Part shown: one piece after another, positions 24,141 through 33,711 of the stretch
How the letters are laid out: the number at the start of each line of letters is the position of its first letter
Position numbering within the stretch: the stretch's first letter is position 1
Source of the DNA: Octopus bimaculoides
Lineage: Eukaryota
Reading direction: 5' to 3'
DNA length: 33,711 nucleotides
Assembly (NCBI RefSeq): GCF_001194135.2
Contig: NC_068988.1
Coordinates: 96,720,657-96,754,367, forward strand
Translations under genes and position numbers: made by a program
The notes under the pieces: model-generated
The model's input: only the letters and a program-made list of their open reading frames with translations
The model's database searches: none
Told to the model about the DNA's origin: nothing

Positions 24141-25158
24141 CATCTATTTACCGTTTCGATGGGGTTGCCTTGATCAAAACTATTCTTTCTCTCGAATCTT
24201 TCCCATTTTCCATGACATTTCTCCGGTCTTCTGTTTGTGACTCGACATCGCAAGAGAGTTGACCAGTGTATGCCGTTCTGGACCGTCCGACATCACCAGA
24301 ATTCCAATGGTGTCGGATCCACAGAAGGAGCTCAACACACTAATTCATCTTTAATTCATCTTCAGTTAGCAATCAACGAACGCACAATTAGGATAATAGA
24401 CACACACACACACACACACACGCATATATATGTGTGTGTGTGTGTTATGTACATGTACATATACATACATACATATATACATACATACATACATATATGT
24501 ACCTACATACGTGCTGGGAGAAGAAGTAGAGAGATAGAGAAGCAGGGAGAACGGATATAGTTTTGACTGAGTCATCAGAAACCTTTTCGTTGCACTGAGA
24601 TGTGTTGACCCCAATGCACACAACCTTGAAGCTGAAGTGAAAACCCATTTGTTTGAAGTATAACAGAATAAACTTTATTTCCTTTGCATGAAACAGTAAA
24701 CAATAAGAAGTTGAAGATAATTATTTGTCGCATGTAGCTTTCATATATTTTTCTTAATTCTAATGTTCCGTCATTTTATTTAACTTATATATTTTGTTTC
24801 AACAAATCTTTCAGAAATTGTACAAGATTAAATGTTACTATCTTTGCTGTTGCTGTTCTAAGGGTGGTGTCTGCAGAAATGGTAGAATTCTAATCAAAAT
24901 ATATTGCAGTTTGCAGTTACAATACTTTACTAACCTTTACAGTGTTTTTAGTAATCGATAGGGTCGAACTAACAGTTCATCTTTGCCGATGTCGATAACA
25001 TAGAAAATATCTGTGGGCGATGGGGAAGTCGATATGGTGAACCAAGGCTTGTCTCTTATGTGTGTGTGTGTGTGTGTGTGTGTCTATGTGCGTACGTACA
25101 CGCGCGTGTGTATGTGTTTACATGTTATGGGTCGGCGAATATTTTCAGTTTTTGTTTG

Positions 25159-25190
<32 letters not shown>

Positions 25191-25266
25191 CCCATATACA
25201 ATTGCATGTGTACATATGTGTATATTTTATATATCAAGACCAAGCGTGTGTATCTGCATCACCAGC

Positions 25267-25316
<50 letters not shown>

Positions 25317-25924
25317 CTTATTAGGACAGACGGTGGCAGAGAGGGTTGAGGAACGGTCAGGACTATTTACGGCATTTATTTTCAGGCCTTCGGAATATTT
25401 GGTCAATTCCCATCGAAGTCGACGTTTTTCCCTTTACATTCTGTGATGTCCATCGAATAAACAAAAACCCAATTGATTCTTTTAATTCTTTACTGTTGTG
25501 TTGCATTTGAACCACTTTATAAACGAATTTTTTTTCCCGTTTTCACAATGCCATAAATGTACAAACAAATACATAAATAGATACATACATACATACATAT
25601 TATTCACACATACACATACAGACAGACATACATGCACATGCACACATACATATACATGCATAAAGAAATTAATCGAGTACTTTCGAAAAACTTGCTGTCT
25701 TCTGCCAAATTGTTGTTGGTCGTATTATTGTTGCTGCTGCTGCTACCGCTGCTGCTACTGCTCTGTTGTTGTTGATACTAGTTTCGTAATAAACATACTC
25801 TTATTACCGTTATTGTGACACACCCTTTCGACCAATTCGCCATCATCCTAACGTTACCAAAAATATAAAAAAGATCTATATGTATCTATTTATCTCTCTC
25901 TCTCTCTCCCTTCTCTTTCAATCT

Positions 25925-26119
25925 ATCTATATATTATGCATATATATACATATATATATATGTGTGTGTCTGTCTTTCTATACATTTATATAAATACACA
26001 TATATATACATATGTCTCTCTGTGTCTACGTATACAAACACATACATTCATATATATGTACACATACACATACATTCGCGCGCACACACACACACACATA
26101 CACACACACACACACACAT

Positions 26120-26156
<37 letters not shown>
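25925..26156. repeat. (TA)n/(CA)n compound microsatellite
   Basis: Direct reading. Confidence 0.93.
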
Positions 26157-26585
26157 GGTTGTAACGTACAAAAGTAAGCTTAAATTTTTGAAGACATTTG
26201 GGGATTGCACACGTAGTGTAAATAATATCTCTAATTACAAAGATTTATTAAACTGATTTATTTGCCGTCTTAGAGTATATCTTACAAATGATAAAACACC
26301 ATAATTTAGATTTCTTGTAGACATTACGAAATTTCAGAATTTTCCTATGTGGTCACGTGATCTAAGAACAGCCTTCATATTGTTATAGCATGTAAAATAT
26401 TTCAGTTGTTGAAAACTTGCAAACAAAAGAAGCAAAAAAAAAATAGCATTCATTGAGCGGAGGTAACCTTCTTTTACTCACAGCCAAACACTCATCCTGA
26501 GCATTTTATGTGAACTTTCTGAGTCTATCTTTTCTTCTGTTTAACCCTCTCTCCTACGATGTACAGCCTGAATGCGCAAGTCATT

Positions 26586-26683
26586 CAACCAACCAACCAA
26601 CCAACCAACCAGTCAATCAAAATTTATTTACACACACACACACAAATATATGTATAGATGTCTATATCTATACATATATATGC

Positions 26684-26748
<65 letters not shown>

Positions 26749-26803
26749 CATACATGCATACATACATACATATATATATACATACATATATACNNNNNNN
26801 NNN

Positions 26804-26848
<45 letters not shown>

Positions 26849-26855
26849 CATACAT
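26586..26855. repeat. (AACC)n,(CA)n,(TA)n compound microsatellite with a 10-N gap
   Basis: Direct reading. Confidence 0.93.
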
Positions 26856-27521
26856 GAGAACATAAGCGAAAATCCGAAACCCAGAACGTCAGCAGTTGAA
26901 AGGTAGCCTGGTGTCAGGTCCGATCTCACGTCTGTCTTCTTCACATATTTATGACTGGTAAGATAAGTGTATTTTATATTCTCCCATAATGTCTTCAGCG
27001 ACATTATATCTGCCATTTTAACAACGACTGCTATTCTGTTCTACCAGTTTCGAATACGACCACCCAATTAGTAAAATAATAAAGATTAGTCTGTGAATAT
27101 GATATCTAGGAATACCAGCATCTGGATTGAGGCGTTTTCATTTTTTAATTTATTGAACTGAAACAGTAATGCGAAATTCAAAGTTACGATTAAAGAACTT
27201 TCAACATCAAATAATGTATTTATACACTCACACACATATAAATGTATATGTATATACATATATATGTACACNNNNNNNNNNNNNNNNNNNNNNNNNNNNN
27301 NNNNNNNNNNNNNNNNNNNNNNNNNNNNNNNNNNNNNNNNNNNNNNNNNNNNNNNNNNNNNNNNNNNNNNNNNNNNNNNNNNNNNNNNNNNNNNNNTATA
27401 TATATATATATATGTATATATAGAGATATACAAATATATACATATGTATATGTGAGAGCACATATATATATATCTTAAGCACTATCGGCCACACATAACG
27501 TACGTGTCCTGCGTATTTACT

Positions 27522-27606
27522 AGTAGGCTGCGACTAGCGCGGTGGAAATGACTCTCTGAAAAAATCAGTAGGCTGCGACTAGCGCGGTGGAAATGACTCT
27601 CTGAAA
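27522..27606. repeat. Perfect 40-bp direct tandem duplication (period 45)
   Basis: AGTAGGCTGCGACTAGCGCGGTGGAAATGACTCTCTGAAA at 27522-27561 and 27567-27606. Confidence 0.95.
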
Positions 27607-27831
27607 GCACCAGGTGTGAAAACAGCTGAGAGTGACGGACAGGCGAGACGTCTCACTCCAGATCTCATTCAGGATTGATAGACATCGACGTTTCACCATT
27701 TTTTGTGGCTTCTCAATATCGATGCCCGTCGATGTCCATCACTCCTGAATGGGATCTGGTGTGAGTTGTCTCTCTTGTCCATGACTTTCCGGTGTTTTAA
27801 CACTGCGCGCTTTGAGGCAGTAACAGCCACC
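27586..27831. repeat. Long imperfect inverted repeat (about 105-bp arms, 36-nt loop)
   Basis: Core arms 27637-27690 and 27727-27780 have 46/54 Watson-Crick pairs ungapped. Outer extension 27601-27636/27781-27816 has 25/36 and 27586-27600/27817-27831 has 9/15, all in the same register. Confidence 0.93.
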
Positions 27832-27890
27832 AAATCCACCTCGGCGGGGATGAACCCAGAACGTTCTAGCGATTCCGCCAGTTCGCCGCC
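27832..27890 (-). mobile_element. Internally deleted family-B SINE head
   Basis: Reverse complement GGCGGCGAACTGGCGGAATCGCTAGAACGTTCTGGGTTCATCCCCGCCGAGGTGGATTT matches the start and B-box region of 27923-28020 with the middle removed. Confidence 0.75.
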
Positions 27891-27922
27891 TTAGACAGCA
27901 ATTTAATATCAACACAAATAAA

Positions 27923-28134
27923 GGCGGTGGGCTGGCAGAAGCGGTAGCACACCGGGCGAAATGTTTAGTGGTATTTCGTCTGCCGTTACGTTCTGAGTTC
28001 AAATTCCGCCGAGGTCGACTTTTCATTTCATCCTTTCAGGGTCGATAAATAAAGTACCAGTTGCGTACTGGGGTCGATCTAATCAACTGGTCCTCCCCTT
28101 CAAAATTTCAGGCCTTGTGCCTAGAGCCGAAAAG
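27923..28134 (+). mobile_element. Full-length tRNA-derived SINE (family B) with target-site duplication
   Basis: GGCGGTGGGCTGGCAGAAGCGGTAGC head, GAGTTCAAATTCC B-box-like motif and CCTTTCAGGGTCGATAAATAAAGTACCAG...CTGGGGTCGAT body. Flanked by AATATCAACACAAATA (27905-27920) and AATATTAACACAAATA (28135-28150). Clear paralog at 18788. Confidence 0.9.
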
Positions 28135-28878
28135 AATATTAACACAAATATAATGGTTTCCTGCCACTGTTTATATAGATGTGAAAAAGAGAACTACTGT
28201 ATTTGTTAGTTTTTATTTAATTATGATAAGAAACAAGAATTTTGTTCTGTTACTATAGAAACAACAATAAATATAGAAGTGCTTTTGTGTGCCAAGGTCA
28301 GTGATGGATTGGATATTTTCGTAGAAATAGACAGACTCACCAAATTGCGTGTTGTTTCCAAACTATCATGAGATATAATTTCTCTAAGCAACTTTAAACT
28401 CTTTGTGTATTGAAAGCATTTGACTGATTAGTTGAGCGTCCAATCTTCAGGATTTGTCTCTTGCTGTTAATAACACAAAACATTTATTGTGATGTGATTA
28501 TTATCGAGATTAACTCTCTGTTGGTTAAAGTTAACTAAGAATTTTATCGGGGTGGTGAGTATTTTAAATTCAATATCAGGCAAGCATATGAAAGAAAAGT
28601 AGCCTGGAAGTAAGGCACCCTGTTTGAATGTAATGTAAGTGCGGAAATTCTAGCTTTAACTGCAACAGCAAGTACTTCCAGACAAGTGGAGCCTGTTCTT
28701 GAACTTGCTCTGCTCCGTCTCATTACGAACGTTTTAGAATAAAAAGTAACTAGCTTCCAACCTCTTCGAATAGAGGAACAACAGTTGATGTTTATTAACC
28801 ACACTGTCATGTCTGAGTCGATGAATTTCTTGATAACTTCTATTACTATAAGCAATAATTGTTCAATCTTCTCTTTGT

Positions 28879-28924
28879 CAATATATGCCACTAATAGATT
28901 ACCAATATGTGCCACTAATAGATT
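28879..28924. repeat. 22-bp tandem duplication (period 24)
   Basis: CAATATATGCCACTAATAGATT / CAATATGTGCCACTAATAGATT. Confidence 0.85.
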
Positions 28925-29531
28925 TTCGTATTATGATAAACTGATAATAAGTATTATCATTAAAAAAAAAGAAGCAAACTCAAGATATAGGACGAAACGG
29001 TTAAGATTAACTTTGTCGCTCTTTTAGAAGTAAAGTTCAAAGCTGTTGGAGTTTCTTTCTCTCCTCCTGTATGCCTATAGGCTTTCTGCAGCCTAACATG
29101 GGAAACTTACTGACATAAATCTGTAACGTACGATTCCACAATGATTACACCTTATACGATTAATCGTGGAGCCATCTTCAAAATCTTTCAACAAGTTCAC
29201 AAATTAGAAGTTGTTTTTTTGTTTGTTTTTATCATGACTGCCAGTTTGATATTTTTCTTTGTTTGGTGGCATCTTATTAATTTTGTTTTCAGTATCGGGA
29301 AAATGTTTCTCTTTATTGGACGGTGGGCATTTAGCATTGGCAGAATCTAGCGATCTTAAATGAGATCTATCAAGAGTTGCCTATTTACTGGGACTCTATA
29401 CCTTTCAAAGAATCAGCCTCCACAAAACTTTAGTGAGGTTTGCTCCAAAACTGGGAACTATGAAATGCTGAGTTGATTTGAGGTGAAATTCAGTTCAGGT
29501 CAGATTTCTTATATTTGCTACTTTTGTTTAA

Positions 29532-29543
29532 AATAATAATAAC

Positions 29544-29609
<66 letters not shown>
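29532..29609. repeat. (AAT/TAA)n microsatellite, about 26 units, abutting the R4/Dong-like fragment
   Basis: Direct reading. Confidence 0.97.
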
Positions 29610-29610
<1 letters not shown>

Positions 29611-29768
29611 GGAATCCTGGGTATCAGAAAAGGGATTTTCCAGGGTGACAGTCTATTTCCGTTGCTTTTCGTTCTCTGTATGATACCCCTGACCTTGGTA
29701 CTTTGGAAAATGAACCTGGGGTACCAACTAAAGGAATAACCCCAAACACTCAACCACGCCTCTTCATG
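29608..29768 (+). mobile_element. Non-LTR retrotransposon RT fragment, R4/Dong-like
   Basis: Translates GILGIRKGIFQGDSLFPLLFVLCMIPLTLVLWKMNLGYQLKE*..LNH-LFM (1-nt slip), matching the R4/Dong-type motif RRGIFQGDSLSPLLF...GY.L...INHLLFMDD. It stops just before the catalytic DD. Clade assignment is from recalled motifs. Confidence 0.8.
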
Positions 29769-30160
29769 CCATTTATCATAGGTGAATGTTATGTACACAT
29801 GTTGTCTTTCATCTCCAATTATTTGAATTCTTCTTGAAGAAGAAATTAGTTTCTGAAAAAAAAAAGAAAAATTTCCATTACTTGAAGTTGAATAACAACA
29901 GCATTGAAGGTTTGAACTTGCAGAATTCTTGCCTATTTTCATTGTTCTGCTGACAGATTGCTTTTGCAAAGTGCGTTTTGGCAGATCATTTAGTTTGACT
30001 GACACTCCAGCCTTTGTGATTGACACCTACATGTGCATCCATTTCTGTGCTGTAGTCGCATAGAATCAACTCCTAAGGGAACTTTTATACTAATATTGTT
30101 GTAAAAGAATATAATAAAAGCATTCTTTAAGCTTCAACAATTTTATTAGAAAAGAAGTGT

Positions 30161-30201
<41 letters not shown>
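30161..30201. repeat. (GATA)10 microsatellite
   Basis: Direct reading. Confidence 0.97.
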
Positions 30202-30921
30202 TCGGGCCAGCAGTATTAATAGTAAGATCACATAAAAATGGGAGAGGATCTCTATTCCTTCATAGAGAGAAGCACTTGATATCCAAGTGAATCGTCTTCT
30301 CAGCCAGTAAAGGGTTTATATTAATAAAACCTTGCAAGTGTCGAGAAAATATCGGAGATAAACGTATTTTCCTGCCCCCTTTCTTTACACATCGTCGCTT
30401 ATCACGAACCATAAAAATACAACCCTTATATTCGTATAAAACTGTTGCGTTATTAATTTCCATTTAAGCTACCTTCCATTAAATTAACTCGTTATTCTCG
30501 AACACGTAGATTTGCTCGTTGCTTCTTTCCTATTTTAGTCAATATCTTTATAAAGTCAACATCTTAATGTCTAGATATTCGTGAAAGACGGGGACCTACT
30601 AACTAGTCATTCTAGTTTTCATGCGATGCGTATCATGGTCGATCAGTCAGACAGATTCCCATGTGTGACTTCTTGCGAAAAGTAGTTGCTTGTTTAACAA
30701 GTAAGCAGATATTTCATAGTAAAGAAGATATATCTGGCTCCAAATACTTACATGACACCAGTTAATTGGAGAATCTTGTCTACAACACTTCTATTCATAA
30801 ATAATTATACAGACGTCTTACGCGAAATAACAATTGATGCTGTCAGCTGATTACAAGCTATCAAATAACGTTTTGGGTTATGCTTTACCTATGGCAAAAA
30901 TGAAAGGAAATAAATTACGTT

Positions 30922-31432
30922 GGCACAGGCCTAGCTCAGTGGTTGAGCAGCTCGCTTTGCAACCACGTGGTTTCGGGTTCAGTCCCACCGTGTGGCATTC
31001 TGGGCAAGTACCTTTTTTTTTATAACCTCGGGCGGACTAATGTCTTGTGAGTGAATTTGATAGACGGAAATTATGTGCAAGTCCGTCATATACACACACA
31101 CACTCACACATACTAATACACTTGCTTCTTGTTCCTACACCTATCTTCGTCTTTTTGTTTTTTGTAAATTTGAACTATATATATATATATATTTATTTAT
31201 TTATATATATATATGCACATCCGTACATATATATGTGTCTATGTAGGTACGTGTGCGTATTTTTGAATTTGTTTTTCCACACATACCGCATAGCGTTTTG
31301 GTAAAATAGAAGTGTCACAAAAAGTACCAGAGTTAAAATTAATTACTAAGGTCGATTTGTTTGAATAAAAACCCTTCCAGTCAGTGCTCCCGCATGGCCG
31401 CAGTCCAATGATTGAAACAAATAAAAGAGAAA
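30922..31432 (+). mobile_element. Near full-length tRNA-derived SINE (family A): head, internal microsatellite, tail
   Basis: Head GGCCTAGCTCAGTGGTTGAG...GGTTTCGGGTTCAGTCCCACC...CTGGGCAAGT...GTGAGTGAATTTGATAGACGGAAA. Middle is (CA)n/(TA)n. Tail AAGTACCAG...GGTCGATTTG...GTGCTCCCGCATGGCCGCAGTCCAATGATTGAAACAAATAAAAG. Paralogs at 8918, 13468, 16251, 17687 and 32404. Confidence 0.88.
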
Positions 31433-32403
31433 ACATTCTATTTTTGTCTTTTGTTCTTAATTATTGTCATCCCACGCTCATCCATTGTCTGTTGGGCTGA
31501 AGTTCATATTTACCATACTTACCACTAAATCGAACAAAAATCATTCCTTAGTTAAGGTAGTAGCGCATGGCAAATGAGTATGTTTTGCTGGATTTCATCT
31601 TCGTTATCTTTTGCCTATTACATAATTTTTTTCCTTGGTTAAATTTTATCGTAAAAAGATTCTCTCTTCTGGAGATAATTCTACAAGAAACAATCCTTTT
31701 TCTACTTATATCCTGTTTCCGTTTCATCACATTTTCTCCTACAAAAGAATACCCAATCGTCAGTTATGCAGTAAAAGGTCAAATGATTATTCATTGAGAA
31801 TCTTTCTGCAAATCATTCCATCCGATCAACAGTTGACTGAACACATCTCATCCAATATTTCAATTGGTTTTTCAAATTAAGGATCATAAAAGGGTCGCAA
31901 AAGGATCACCATTAAATGAACTACATAAAAATAAAGACGAAGAATTCACACTATATTTATACACAAACTAAACAATTTCTTTCCTTTTTTAAAATATTTA
32001 TAAAACTTCAATAAAATTTATTCTTAGATCTGTTCCCACTTACATTCTCCATGCAAACATGCCCTTCCTCCGAAACAAGGGTGTATTTTTCGACTGAACT
32101 TTATTCGTAAATTCATTTTATACCTTTTTTTGTCTTTTTTCCCCTCCTATTTTCAGGCAAGTGGTATCTACTGTTTTTATCTTTTCATTCACTGCAAGAT
32201 TTTACTCAGAATTTCCTGTACATTTATTATGTTCAGCAATGACTAACTCGTTATATCTTCTCTGCATACATACTTTAATGCGCTAAAATCTTTCCCTCCT
32301 TTTCAAAGCTGAAACTGGGGCAGAATGGCTTTGTACTTAGTCCTGGCTCCTTTGTACACTCTCAAAAAAGAAAAATGACCATCCCAAAATACAATGTTCT
32401 TTC

Positions 32404-32619
32404 ATTCTTTTACTTGTTTCAGTCATTTGACAGCGGCCATGCTGGAGTACCACCTTTAGTCGAACAAATCGACCACAGAACTTATTCCTTGTAAGCCAAG
32501 TACTTATTCTATCGTTTTCTTGTTACCGAACCGCTAGGTGACGGGGACGTATACACACTGACATCGGTTGTCAAGCGATTTTGTGGGGAGAAACACAGGC
32601 ACAGCATACATACATACAT

Positions 32620-32674
<55 letters not shown>

Positions 32675-32793
32675 ACGGGCTTCTTTCAGTTTCCGTCTAC
32701 CAAATCCATTCACAACGCTATAGTAAAAGATACTTGGCCAAGGTACCACGCAGTGGGACTGAACCTGGAACCATGTGGTTGGGAAGCAAGCTT
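32404..32793 (-). mobile_element. Family-A SINE, 5'-clipped, with internal microsatellite
   Basis: Reverse complement reads AAGCTTGCTTCCCAACCACATGGTTCCAGGTTCAGTCCCACTGCGTGGTACCTTGGCCAAGT...TTGGTAGACGGAAACTGAAAGAAGCCCGTTG-(TA)n-...CGCTTGACAACCGATG...GGTCGATTTGTTCGACTAAAGGTGGTACTCCAGCATGGCCGC...AAACAAGTAAAAGAAT. Confidence 0.9.
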
Positions 32794-33711
32794 ATAGATA
32801 TATATATATATGAAATTAATTAACAATAATTCTTGGATGGAATTTTGACATCAGAGTCGGTTTCTTTGGGATTGGTACAATACAGTCCGTATTAGCCGTG
32901 GGCATCCGGGGCATCCGGTTGACCATCATTGATTCATTTCATCAGGTGATACTAGCAAGAGTGGACGAATCAGAGAGGGATGTTTATACCTTCTTGCCAG
33001 TATGAAAGCCAATCTAGCTCGATAAACAACCATCTGTGATTCCGATATATACCACAACGCTTGAATATACACACATGCACAGACACATACGCTCATACCC
33101 GCCTACTCCCACTATATATGTATTATTTTCGTCCTTACACTTATACCTCTGCGTACATTTGCGAATGTAGAAGGGGACAAACAGATACACACGTACAATA
33201 ATGACTTAGATACATCTATTCACAGAGGTATGCATACATATCCATTTATACACATATACATATATACCTTCATATATACATACCTTTATACATACACGTC
33301 TTTAGACATACATACACACACAAACCGTGTTTGCGTGCGTGTGTGTGTGTGTACGTCTATATGTATACGTGTTGCATAGTTTCTCACCCGCGAGGGATCG
33401 ATACAGGATGGGTCGAACCGAACGTTGCGAGAAATAAAGTTTCCCGTCTATTCCATTTTCTGCCTCATCATTTGTTTTATATTCAATGTACGCCGAGGAA
33501 TTCCTGATGTAGATCCAGCGACAATTGTGTAATTACCGTAGATGACGCCAAGTAGCCATATTTAGTGAACGTGCTTGGAATGACCACCAACGTGGACTCC
33601 TAATATGCTAAAGGTAGACGTTAAATCGCCTTACCACGAAGAGTATGTTCTCAAGAAAAATTTCAGCAAAATGCCAGAATGTAAAAATGCTCATTTTATA
33701 TATATATATAT

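Noticed and set aside
28569-28742. ILALTATAS resembling RecQ helicase motif III
   Set aside because: The frame is broken by stops, there is no DEAH motif upstream and no splice signals; likely chance.
29490-30026. 178-aa minus-strand ORF
   Set aside because: Antisense to the RT fragment and inflated by the (ATT)n poly-Ile tract; no recognisable domain.

Overview
AT-rich, microsatellite-saturated eukaryotic draft-assembly DNA with seven N gaps, mostly next to simple repeats. From recalled consensus features, the SINE families and mariner look like those of Octopus (inference, not a database result). There is no long real ORF: nearly all ORF-track entries are translations of (TA)n/(CA)n/(TACA)n repeats or N runs. 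The window reads as intronic/intergenic DNA. It carries many tRNA-derived SINE copies (two main families plus fragments of a third), a decayed mariner transposase 5' end (9381-9600), an RTE-type LINE RT fragment (22094-22622, minus) and a short R4/Dong-like RT fragment abutting a (TAA)n tract (29608-29768). No host gene could be named, but several short plus-strand segments have strong splice signals (15, 6, 39 and 58 nt). Most interesting unexplained structures: a ~245-nt fold-back (27586-27831) with a 54-bp core and a UAG-context A.C mismatch (candidate ADAR substrate, miRNA hairpin or MITE), a hammerhead-ribozyme-like core (17411-17436), a candidate microexon cluster, and a zero-length CAG|GCAAGT recursive-splice-like site (32157).
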